33,914 bases of DNA from an uncultured Polaribacter sp. (GCA_964022045.1 CAXICE010000001.1:1-33914); one strand, 5' to 3'. Counted from the first letter of the stretch, positions 18,477-27,425 are shown. Numbers and translations: made by a program. Notes: generated from the letters alone by a model not told the origin.

Positions 18477-20555
18477 TTAAAAATTATATTGTAAAAAAGC
18501 GGTCATATTTCTTCCTGGCTCTGTAACTGGCGTTCTTCCAAAATTACTTTGATTTGTAAAACTAAAGTTTAAATGGTTATGATAGTATTTGTCAAAAACA
18601 TTTAAAACAGCAAAACCTAAGCTTGTATTTTTAAAAGGATTAAAGCCTAAACGTAAGTCAACTGTTTGATAACCATTAGTTGTTGTTTCTCCAAAACTAG
18701 GCGCGATGTTTTCTTGTTCACTTGTTAAGTTAAACTGAATATTTGCCCAATATTTTGGTTTTTTTACTCCCACTGTAAACTTTGTTTTAAAAGGAGGAGT
18801 TAATGGTAAAGATTCGTTTAAGTCTTTATTTTTTGCATACACATAAGCAACTTCTCCTTTAAAATAATAATCTTTTAAAAAATTAATTTGTGTCATTGCT
18901 TCAAAACCTGTTTTATAAGCATTATTTAAGTTTCTAAACACTTTAGGATTTATGGGAAGTCTAGTTGGCATAAACTTTCTTGTTAAAGTGGGATCAACAA
19001 TTCCAACAATATAGTTTTCAAAAGCAGAATAATAAACCGAAGCAGCAAAATTTATATTTCTATTATCATTACTTCCTTTAATTCCTACTTCAAATTGGTT
19101 GTTTACTTCTGCTTTTAAGTTTGGGTTCCCAATATATTCGTATGGATCTGATCCTGCATTAAAATGATTAATATAACGTTCTATCATATTTGCAGATCTT
19201 ACTCCACGACCATATGCTGCCTCAAAAGTAAGATTATTGGAAATTATTTTTTTTAATGAAACCGTTCCGCTAATATTATTTTCTGTACGCTTTTTTAAAT
19301 TATACATGGCTGCAAAATCTGCTTCAGGATCTTTAATGTTTGAAATGACAATATCATTTCGAATACCTGCAGTTACAATCGTTGTGTTATTTGCCTCCCA
19401 TTTTGCTTCAGCAAAAATACCGATATCGTTTATATAAGAATCTTGCCAAACCTTATCATTAAATACCATAGGTGTTGCCAATGGCATTCCCATCATATTT
19501 AATTTTACAGCTCTCGTTCTTCCTCCGTCTCTACTAATTAATATTGCATCTAAACCACCAAATAAATCCAGTTTTTTTGAAGGTTGCCAATTCATTTCAA
19601 ATTTTCCGCCTATGGTAGTTGCATTTACAGAAGAAGTAGCTTCTGTCATCATAAATGAAGGCCTGTTTTTGTTGGTCATTAAATGATCTACATAACTGTA
19701 GTATGCTTTTGCAGAAATGTTTTTTAAAGTTTCCCCAATATTAGATGCTTTATAATCTAAAGAAATAATACTACTATTGTCATACTCTGTATCCATTGGC
19801 AAACCTGCGTGCGATACATCTCTACCAAAAGATTGTCTCCAGTGAATTTGTAATCGTTGATCATCCGAAAAATTATACCCTAATTTTAGCCCATAGTCTG
19901 TACTTAGAAAAGAAGAAGGAATTTCTACATCATTTCCGTCATTGTAATTTCCAAAATTTCTATAGCCTACGTTTCCAACAATATCATATTTGTTTTGTAT
20001 ATATTGAAGTTGTAACATGTTTACAAAAGAGTTTCCATTGGTTTCATATCCAATAGAAGTTTTACCATGAAACCCTTTATCTAGGTAGTTTGGTTTTTGT
20101 GTAACCATATTAATAATTCCTCCAAAAGTAGCTCCATACCTTACTGTATAAGGTCCTTTTATAATTTCAATTTTAGAGATTTCTTCTGGAATAATATGTG
20201 TAGTTATGGGATCCATTCTGTTTGGACAAGCATTCATTGCTTTTGTTCCACCATCATATTGAATATTCAATTGCTCATATTGACTGGCTCTAAAAGAAGG
20301 ATCTATGGCATAATTACCTCTTTTAATCACAGAAAAACCATTAATAAAATTAAATAAGTCAGCAACATTTTTAGGTTGCACAATATTTTTATCATACTTG
20401 TTTGATACAATAGTATGAATTGGATCTGTTTTAATATTACCGGTAACAATAACTTCGTCAAGTTTTATTCTTTTAATTGTGTCTAATTTTTTTTCTTGAG
20501 AATAAGACAACGCTGTAATTAGCGCGCATAAAAGCACACTATATAATTTTTTCAT
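18477..20555 (-). CDS. TonB-dependent receptor, OprC/NosA-like putative copper receptor
   Basis: LDEVIV TonB box, plug ACPNRMDP (CxxxM), barrel VDHLM (HxM), Met-rich loops (SFMM, NMMGMP), EPGRN and C-terminal Phe. Confidence 0.82.
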   Translation of the reverse strand: MKKLYSVLLCALITALSYSQEKKLDTIKRIKLDEVIVTGNIKTDPIHTIVSNKYDKNIVQPKNVADLFNFINGFSVIKRGNYAIDPSFRASQYEQLNIQYDGGTKAMNACPNRMDPITTHIIPEEISKIEIIKGPYTVRYGATFGGIINMVTQKPNYLDKGFHGKTSIGYETNGNSFVNMLQLQYIQNKYDIVGNVGYRNFGNYNDGNDVEIPSSFLSTDYGLKLGYNFSDDQRLQIHWRQSFGRDVSHAGLPMDTEYDNSSIISLDYKASNIGETLKNISAKAYYSYVDHLMTNKNRPSFMMTEATSSVNATTIGGKFEMNWQPSKKLDLFGGLDAILISRDGGRTRAVKLNMMGMPLATPMVFNDKVWQDSYINDIGIFAEAKWEANNTTIVTAGIRNDIVISNIKDPEADFAAMYNLKKRTENNISGTVSLKKIISNNLTFEAAYGRGVRSANMIERYINHFNAGSDPYEYIGNPNLKAEVNNQFEVGIKGSNDNRNINFAASVYYSAFENYIVGIVDPTLTRKFMPTRLPINPKVFRNLNNAYKTGFEAMTQINFLKDYYFKGEVAYVYAKNKDLNESLPLTPPFKTKFTVGVKKPKYWANIQFNLTSEQENIAPSFGETTTNGYQTVDLRLGFNPFKNTSLGFAVLNVFDKYYHNHLNFSFTNQSNFGRTPVTEPGRNMTAFLQYNF

Positions 20556-20640
20556 TTTAATAATTCTTTAAGTTTAATAATAAGATGTTTTGTTCAGTTT
20601 TTAAACTATGTTAATCACTGTAAAACCTTTTGTGTAAAAA

Positions 20641-21015
20641 TTAAACTTGTGGCGGATGAAAAAAAGAGAATGAAGTTTTGTAGTTATATAGTTCGTTATA
20701 AAAAAAGAATTGCTTTTGTTTAGAAACGTAAGAATTAAAATCAAAAACGAGTAGACTCTCTTTGTATAATAAAACCTCTTTTAAATCGATTAAATGTTTT
20801 GGTTTATTGGTATTGTTGGTGTCTGTTTCTATTACTTTTTTTAACTGACATTTTCCGTTACATTCTAGCTCTGGTTTATCAATATTTTCACAAAAAAACT
20901 CAATAAAACCTTCTGTATCAATACCATAATAAATATATGTTAAAGACGCTCTTAACGTATTGAAAAGTATAAGACTACTTAACAAAAAAGAAAGTATAAT
21001 TCGCCAATTTTTCAC
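20641..21015 (-). CDS. Cys-rich membrane-anchored upstream ORF with C-terminal FHPP (DUF2946/CruR-like leader candidate)
   Basis: GTG start, N-terminal hydrophobic helix, CENIDKPELECNGKCQL motif, ends FFHPPQV*; 85 nt upstream of the TBDR. Confidence 0.75.
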   Translation of the reverse strand: MKNWRIILSFLLSSLILFNTLRASLTYIYYGIDTEGFIEFFCENIDKPELECNGKCQLKKVIETDTNNTNKPKHLIDLKEVLLYKESLLVFDFNSYVSKQKQFFFYNELYNYKTSFSFFHPPQV

Positions 21016-21020
21016 AAGCG

Positions 21021-21064
21021 TAAAGGTAATTATTTCGAGTTTTTTTTAAATGACTTTTATCATT
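21021..21064 (-). promoter_or_regulatory. Promoter for leader ORF-TBDR: FNR-like box AATGAT-AAAA-GTCATT plus TACCTTTA -7-like element
   Basis: Near-palindrome at 21049-21064 centred 28.5 nt upstream of TAnnTTTA (21028-21021). Confidence 0.55.
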
Positions 21065-21118
21065 AAATAGAAGTTTTTTATAATAATGTAAAGAACGTTT
21101 TTTTGAATAATTAGGTGA

Positions 21119-21162
21119 GTAACCTTTGTTACACACAAATGCTATTAATCGAATTAATTTTG
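21119..21162 (+). promoter_or_regulatory. Promoter for the TolC-RND operon: box GTAAC-N4-GTTAC plus TAATTTTG -7 element
   Basis: GTAAC-CTTT-GTTAC at 21119-21132 centred 29.5 nt upstream of TAnnTTTG (21155-21162). Confidence 0.75.
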
Positions 21163-21184
21163 CTGTATAAAAATAGACGGATTA

Positions 21185-22495
21185 ATGAAAAATATTAGTA
21201 AACTAATTATAGTAACTATTTTCTTGTTTTCAGGAAACCTAAAAGCGCAAGAGATTATTCCTATAAGCAAAGCAGCTATTTTAGAAAAAATATCAAAAAA
21301 CAACTTAACGCTTAAGATTTCTCAAGAAAATTTTCACAAAGCAAAAGCAGATTATAGCCAAACAAATGCTATTTATTTGCCTAATATTAAGGCAAGTCAT
21401 ACAGGTATTAGAACTACAAATCCTTTAATGGCTTTTGGATCTAAATTAAATCAAGAAGTTTTAACAGCTGCAGATTTTAACCCTGTATTGTTAAATAATC
21501 CTAAACAAACACAAAACTTTGCTACTAAGATTGAAATTCAACAACCTTTAATAAATCTTGATGGTGTTTATCAGCGAAAAGCAGCAAAGTATAAAATGCA
21601 AGCCTCTTTATTAAAAACTAAAAGAACTGCAGATTATTTGAAGCTAGAGGTAGAAAAAGCCTATATGCAATTACAATTGGCATATAAAGCTGTAGAAGTT
21701 TTAGAAAAAGCATTAAAAACAGCTAAAGAGAATCAAAAAATAGCAGAGAACAACTTTCAACAAGGATACTTACAACAAGCAGATATTTTAACAATACAGG
21801 TTAGAGTAACCGAAATAAAAGGTCAGCTACAAACAGCAAAAAGCAACATATTAAATGCTTCTAATTACTTGTCTTTTTTGATGAATGATGACACCAATGT
21901 TATATACAAGTCAACAGATAATTTAAGTGTTACCACAAAAAATAACACGCCTATAAATGTATCAGAGAACAGAGCAGATATTAAAGCAATGCAATTAGCT
22001 TCGGATGCTTATATGGCAATGAACAAAGCAGATAAAATGACCTTCTTACCTCGCTTAAATGCTTTTGGAAGTTATGAATTGTATGATAATAATTTATTTC
22101 AAGCAAATGCAAGTGGTTATTTAGTAGGTGCGCAATTAACTTGGAGTCTTTTTGAAGGATCTAAACGTTTTGGAAAAACACAAAAAAGCAAAGCAGCTTT
22201 TGAGCAATCTAAATTAGAATACAAACAATACGTTTCTAAAAGCAAACTAGAATTAAACAAAGCAAAACGACAATTATTAGATGCAAAAAATCAATTAGAG
22301 TTTACAAGTTTATCAGTAAAACAATCAAAAGAATCTTTGAGGATTAGAAAAAATAGATTTAGAGAAGGATTAGAAAAAACAACAGATTTATTAATGTCAG
22401 AAACACTTTATGCACAAAAACAATTAGCGTATTATCAAACAGTATTTCAATACAATTATACACAAGCATATTTAGAGTTTTTAGCTAAAAATTAG
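21185..22495 (+). CDS. TolC family outer membrane efflux protein
   Basis: Signal peptide, two OEP repeats (YLPNI / FLPRL, F..GL..TTDLL), NPLMAFGSKLNQ insertion. Confidence 0.9.
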   Translation: MKNISKLIIVTIFLFSGNLKAQEIIPISKAAILEKISKNNLTLKISQENFHKAKADYSQTNAIYLPNIKASHTGIRTTNPLMAFGSKLNQEVLTAADFNPVLLNNPKQTQNFATKIEIQQPLINLDGVYQRKAAKYKMQASLLKTKRTADYLKLEVEKAYMQLQLAYKAVEVLEKALKTAKENQKIAENNFQQGYLQQADILTIQVRVTEIKGQLQTAKSNILNASNYLSFLMNDDTNVIYKSTDNLSVTTKNNTPINVSENRADIKAMQLASDAYMAMNKADKMTFLPRLNAFGSYELYDNNLFQANASGYLVGAQLTWSLFEGSKRFGKTQKSKAAFEQSKLEYKQYVSKSKLELNKAKRQLLDAKNQLEFTSLSVKQSKESLRIRKNRFREGLEKTTDLLMSETLYAQKQLAYYQTVFQYNYTQAYLEFLAKN

Positions 22496-22525
22496 CATTC
22501 ATAAATAAAAAGTAAACCAAATAAA

Positions 22526-23605
22526 ATGAAAAAATATTTATATCTATTAGCATTTATTTCAACAGCATTATTTTTAACAAGTTGTGGTAATGAAGACAAA
22601 AAAATAATTACAGAAAATGCGCCTAGTGTGCCTGTTAAAGTAGCTAAAGTAACGACCAATAATAACAATCCGTTTTTAATTGTAAGTGGAAAAATTCAGG
22701 CAGTAAAAAGTGCAGATCTTGGAACAAGAATGATGGGGTTTATTGATAAAGTACATGTAAATGTTGGAGACAGAGTTACCAAGGGACAATTATTAGTTTC
22801 TATAAATAATGCAGATTTAGAAGCTAAAAAAGCACAAGTATTAGCAAATATTACTCAAGCAAATGTGGCTTTTAAAAATGCAGAAAAAAACTACAAACGC
22901 TATCAAAATTTATATGATCGTAAAAGTATTAGCCAAAAAGAAATGGATGATATGACTGTAAACTATCAGATTGCAAAAGCAGGATTAGAAGCGGCAAATC
23001 AAATGAAAAAAGAAGTAGATGCACAGTTTACGTATAGCAATATTACAGCTCCTTTTAACGGGATAATTACAAGTAAAAATATTGAAAAAGGAGATATGTC
23101 AACTCCAGGAATACCATTAATTAGTTTAGAAAATCCAAATGATTTTGAGGTAATTGCAATGGTTCCTGAAACAGAAATTTCTGAAATAAAAAAAGGAATA
23201 GATGTACGTGTTTTGGTAAAATCTATCAACGCAACAGTAAGAGGAAAAGTGATAGAAGTTAGTTCATCAGCAAAAAACTCTGGCGGACAGTTTTTGGTGA
23301 AAATCAATTTAGAAAAAACCAATACCGAGATTTTATCTGGAATGTTTGCCAATGTACAGTTTCCGATAGAAAAAAAATCAACATCAAAAATGATTTTGTT
23401 GCCTAAAGAAGCCATTATTACAAACGGACAATTATCTGGTGTGTATTCTGTGAGCCAAAGTAACACTGCTATTTTAAGATGGTTGCGTTTAGGAAGAACA
23501 TTTGGAGATAAAGTAGAGGTTTTATCTGGATTAAATTCAAGTGAATCTTATATTGTTTCTGCAGAAGGTAAACTGTTTAATGGAGCTAAGATAAGTGTTA
23601 AGTAA
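22526..23605 (+). CDS. RND efflux periplasmic adaptor (MFP), lipoprotein
   Basis: Lipobox LTSC, VNVGDRVTKGQLL lipoyl half, ITAPFNG, SGMFA and EVLSGL. Confidence 0.93.
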   Translation: MKKYLYLLAFISTALFLTSCGNEDKKIITENAPSVPVKVAKVTTNNNNPFLIVSGKIQAVKSADLGTRMMGFIDKVHVNVGDRVTKGQLLVSINNADLEAKKAQVLANITQANVAFKNAEKNYKRYQNLYDRKSISQKEMDDMTVNYQIAKAGLEAANQMKKEVDAQFTYSNITAPFNGIITSKNIEKGDMSTPGIPLISLENPNDFEVIAMVPETEISEIKKGIDVRVLVKSINATVRGKVIEVSSSAKNSGGQFLVKINLEKTNTEILSGMFANVQFPIEKKSTSKMILLPKEAIITNGQLSGVYSVSQSNTAILRWLRLGRTFGDKVEVLSGLNSSESYIVSAEGKLFNGAKISVK

Positions 23606-23685
23606 ACAGTTGTGGTAGGCAGTTTGAAGGAAGGTCTTCAAACAATAAAAAATAAGTATTAATTAAAAAATAGCCCATAAAAGTT

Positions 23686-23715
23686 CTCTTTCCTTTGGAA
23701 AGGGTTAGGGATAGG
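23686..23715. repeat. REP-like element CTCTTTCC-TTT-GGAAAGGG-TTAGGGATAGG
   Basis: Hairpin plus G-rich tail ending 3 nt before the RND ATG. Resembles an intergenic repeat family I recall from Bacteroidota. Single copy in this window. Confidence 0.55.
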
Positions 23716-23718
23716 AAA

Positions 23719-26700
23719 ATGAAAGAAGGTATCGCAGGAAAAATTGCAAAAGTCTTTATGCAATCAAAATTAACCGTGTTGTTAATGATTGTGTTTATGG
23801 TTATTGGTGTGTATAGTTCATTTTTAATTCCGCGTGAAGAAGAACCGCAAATTGATGTGCCAATGGCAGATATCTTTGTTGGTTACCCTGGCGCGAGTCC
23901 GACAGAAGTTGAGTCTAGAGTTGTAAAACCTTTAGAGAAATTGATTTCAAATATCAAAGGAGTTGAATATGTATATGCTACTTCGATGAATGAAAAAGCC
24001 ATGGTCATTGTTCAATTTTATGTAGGCGAAGACATAGAGCGCTCTTTTGTAAAGCTATACAACGAAATTAATAAACACATGGATCAAATGCCAAAAGGAG
24101 TTACATTTCCTTTGGTAAAAACTCGTGCTATTGACGATGTACCTATGTTAGGTTTAACATTATGGAGCCAGAATTATGATGATTATCAGTTAAGCCAAAT
24201 TGCAGAAGAATTAGAAAATGAAATTAAAAAAGTAAACGATGTTTCTATCACTCATAAAATTGGCGGAAGAGATAGGCAATTACGCATTGTTTTAGATAAA
24301 GATAAAATGGCAGAAAGTGGTTTAGATTTTTTATCAGTTTCTGAAATGATTAAAGCCAATAATACAGAATTAAGCTCTGGGAGTTTTGATAAAAATGATA
24401 CCGAATTTTTAGTTAATACCGGTAAATTTTTACAAACGGCAAAAGACGTAGAAAACTTAGTTGTGGGCGTTCAAAAAAACAGACCTATTTATTTAAAACA
24501 AATTGCTAAGATTTTAGACGGACCCGAAATTCCACAAAACTATGTGTCTTTAGGTTTTGGGAAAGGAAGTGTAAAAGCAGACAAATACAAATCAGAATAT
24601 CCAGCAGTAACCATTTCTATTGCTAAAAGAAAAGGGGCAGATGCCATGAAAATTGCAGAAGTAATTATTGATAAATTAGCTCATTTAAAAGCAACTTTAA
24701 TTCCTGATGATGTTCATGTAGAAATTTCAAGAAATTACGGAGAAACAGCATCACATAAAGTTTCAGAACTATTATTACACCTTATTGGGTCTATTATTGC
24801 GGTAACTTTAGTGGTAATGTTGGCAATGGGTTGGAGAGGTGGATTAGTAGTTTTTTTATCGGTTCCAATAACCTTTGCATTGACTTTGTTAAGTTATTAT
24901 ATGTTAGATTATACGCTAAACAGAATTACATTATTTGCTTTGGTGTTTGTAACAGGGATTGTGGTTGATGATTCTATTATTATTGCCGAAAACATGCATA
25001 GGCATTTTAAAATGAAGCGCCTTCCATTTAAGCAAGCTGCTTTATACGCTATAAACGAAGTTGGTAATCCAACTATCTTAGCAACATTTACAGTAATTGC
25101 TTCTGTTTTACCAATGGCTTTTGTGTCTGGTTTAATGGGGCCTTATATGGCACCAATGCCAATTGGAGCATCTATTGCAATGATTTTATCATTATTTGTA
25201 GCGTTAACAATTACACCGTATTTAGGCTATATTTTCTTAAGAGAAAAAGATAAAAAAGGTCATCCAGAAAAAGTAGAGAAACCTTTAGAAGAAACGTTTA
25301 TTTATAAAGTTTACAACAAATTAGAGCGTCCGTTATTAGAAAATGGAAAAAAACGTTGGTTATTTTTAGGAGGAACATTTTTTGTGTTATTAGCAACAAT
25401 GGCTCTGTTTTTTAACAATTCGGTTGCTGTAAAAATGCTGCCTTTTGATAACAAAAATGAGTTTCAGGTGGTTATTGATATGCCAGAAGGAACAACACTA
25501 GAAAGAACTGCGGTTGTAACACAAGAGATTGCTCAATATTTATCAACCAGAGCAGAGGTTGTGAATTACCAGAACTATATTGGTACTTCTGCTCCGATTA
25601 CTTTTAATGGTTTAGTGCGTCATTATGATTTACGTGGAGGAAGCAATACGGCAGATATTCAAGTAAATTTGGTTGATAAAGGTGAACGTAAAATTCAAAG
25701 TCACGGAATTGCAAAGTTATTGAGACCAGAAATTCAAAAAATAGCCTCTAAATACAATGCCAATGTAAAATTAGTCGAGGTTCCACCAGGACCTCCAGTT
25801 TTATCAACCATTGTTGCAGAAGTTTATGGTCCAGATTACAATCAGCAAATTGCAATCGCAGATCATTTGCAAACTATTTTAAGAAATACACCTGATGTAG
25901 TTGATGTAGATTGGATGGTAGAAGCCGATCAAAAAGAGTATCAATTTAACATCAATAAAGAAAAGGCAATGTTGTATGGTGTTGCCCCTCAACAAATTGC
26001 GTATACCATGAATTTGGCTTTATCAAACAACCCAATAACAACTTTATATGATGAAAATGCAGTGAATCAAGTTGGATTAGTAGTATCTTTAGAGGAGAAA
26101 GAAAAATCAACAATTCGTGATATTTCTCAATTAAAAATAAAATCAAAATTAGGAATTATGGTTCCAATTGCTGATTTGGTAGAAATTAAAGAAACAACAG
26201 CTGCAAAAAGCATTTTCAGAAAAAACCAAAAACGTGTAGTTTACGTTATGGCAGACATGGCTGGTGAATTAGAAAGCCCGGCCTACGCGATTTTAGGAAT
26301 GGATAAAAAATTAAAAGAAATTCCGCTTCCAGAAGGATATGAATTAAACGAAATGTATTTAGGTCAGCCAGATTTTGAAGATAATTATACCGTAAAATGG
26401 GATGGAGAATGGCAAATTACTTTAGAGGTTTTTAGAGATTTAGGAATCGCTTTTTTAGGAGCTATTATATTGATTTATATCTTAATTGTTGGATGGTTTC
26501 AAAACTTTAAAGCACCAATTGTAATGATGGTTGCAATTCCTTTATCGTTAATCGGAATTATTTTAGGTCATTGGGTTATGGGCGCTTTTTTTACAGCAAC
26601 ATCATTTATTGGAATGATTGCTTTAGCAGGAATTATGGTACGAAACTCTGTTTTATTAATTGATTTTATCAACTTAAGAATAGCAGAAGGAATTCCTTTA

Positions 26701-26913
26701 AAACAAGCAGCAATTGAAGCAGGAGCAGTTAGAACAACACCAATTTTACTAACAGCAGGAACTGTTGTTATTGGAGCATTTGTAATTTTATTTGATCCAA
26801 TTTTTCAAGGGTTGGCAATTTCATTAATGGGAGGAACCATCGTTTCAACAGTACTTACTTTACTTGTTGTGCCATTGGTGTATTATATGATTGAGAAAAA
26901 AAATTATAAATAA
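23719..26913 (+). CDS. RND efflux transporter permease subunit
   Basis: PREEEPQI, YPGASPTEVE, GIVVDDSIIIAEN, GIMVRNSVLL and RTTPILLT. ATG 23719 preferred because TTG 23695 lies in the repeat. Confidence 0.95.
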   Translation: MKEGIAGKIAKVFMQSKLTVLLMIVFMVIGVYSSFLIPREEEPQIDVPMADIFVGYPGASPTEVESRVVKPLEKLISNIKGVEYVYATSMNEKAMVIVQFYVGEDIERSFVKLYNEINKHMDQMPKGVTFPLVKTRAIDDVPMLGLTLWSQNYDDYQLSQIAEELENEIKKVNDVSITHKIGGRDRQLRIVLDKDKMAESGLDFLSVSEMIKANNTELSSGSFDKNDTEFLVNTGKFLQTAKDVENLVVGVQKNRPIYLKQIAKILDGPEIPQNYVSLGFGKGSVKADKYKSEYPAVTISIAKRKGADAMKIAEVIIDKLAHLKATLIPDDVHVEISRNYGETASHKVSELLLHLIGSIIAVTLVVMLAMGWRGGLVVFLSVPITFALTLLSYYMLDYTLNRITLFALVFVTGIVVDDSIIIAENMHRHFKMKRLPFKQAALYAINEVGNPTILATFTVIASVLPMAFVSGLMGPYMAPMPIGASIAMILSLFVALTITPYLGYIFLREKDKKGHPEKVEKPLEETFIYKVYNKLERPLLENGKKRWLFLGGTFFVLLATMALFFNNSVAVKMLPFDNKNEFQVVIDMPEGTTLERTAVVTQEIAQYLSTRAEVVNYQNYIGTSAPITFNGLVRHYDLRGGSNTADIQVNLVDKGERKIQSHGIAKLLRPEIQKIASKYNANVKLVEVPPGPPVLSTIVAEVYGPDYNQQIAIADHLQTILRNTPDVVDVDWMVEADQKEYQFNINKEKAMLYGVAPQQIAYTMNLALSNNPITTLYDENAVNQVGLVVSLEEKEKSTIRDISQLKIKSKLGIMVPIADLVEIKETTAAKSIFRKNQKRVVYVMADMAGELESPAYAILGMDKKLKEIPLPEGYELNEMYLGQPDFEDNYTVKWDGEWQITLEVFRDLGIAFLGAIILIYILIVGWFQNFKAPIVMMVAIPLSLIGIILGHWVMGAFFTATSFIGMIALAGIMVRNSVLLIDFINLRIAEGIPLKQAAIEAGAVRTTPILLTAGTVVIGAFVILFDPIFQGLAISLMGGTIVSTVLTLLVVPLVYYMIEKKNYK

Positions 26914-26920
26914 AAATTTT

Positions 26921-27226
26921 ATGAAATTAGTAATTGTAACAGCAGTTGAAGCATTTCACAAAGAAGTGATTGAACTTTTTAAGAAAGCAAATATTGAAAA
27001 CTTTAGCGAATCTGATATTGATGGACATAAAAATAAAGCATCTGTTTTAGTTGCTTCTAATTGGTTTTCTGGAGAAAAATTTAGTAATGAATCAATTATG
27101 TTTTTTTCATTTACTGAAGGTGATAAGATTGACACTCTTTTTAAATTGATCAAAGAGTTTAATCATAATTTAGTAACAAACAATCCCATAAAAGCGGTTG
27201 TTGTTCCTGTAGAAAAATTTATATAA
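26921..27226 (+). CDS. PII-like (GlnB-like fold) small protein
   Basis: 101 aa; MKLVIV start, alternating beta/alpha pattern, IDGHK before a T-loop-like segment, C-terminal AVVVPVEK. ATG 26921 preferred. Confidence 0.6.
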   Translation: MKLVIVTAVEAFHKEVIELFKKANIENFSESDIDGHKNKASVLVASNWFSGEKFSNESIMFFSFTEGDKIDTLFKLIKEFNHNLVTNNPIKAVVVPVEKFI

Positions 27227-27239
27227 AAAAATAAAAAAA

Positions 27240-27425
27240 ATGTTAAACAAGTATTTTAGAGTTATTGTAGGTTTTATGGTATTATTAAGTGTTGTACTTT
27301 CTGTTTACGTAAACCAAAACTGGATGTGGTTCACCGTATTTATTGGCGTAAATTTAATTCAATCTGCCTTTACAAAATGGTGTTTATTAGAAACAATTCT
27401 TTTAAAGTTAGGTGTAAAAAAGTAA
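27240..27425 (+). CDS. DUF2892 (YgaP-type transmembrane domain) protein
   Basis: 61 aa, two TM helices, FIGVNLIQSAFTKWCL motif with the conserved Cys. Confidence 0.88.
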   Translation: MLNKYFRVIVGFMVLLSVVLSVYVNQNWMWFTVFIGVNLIQSAFTKWCLLETILLKLGVKK

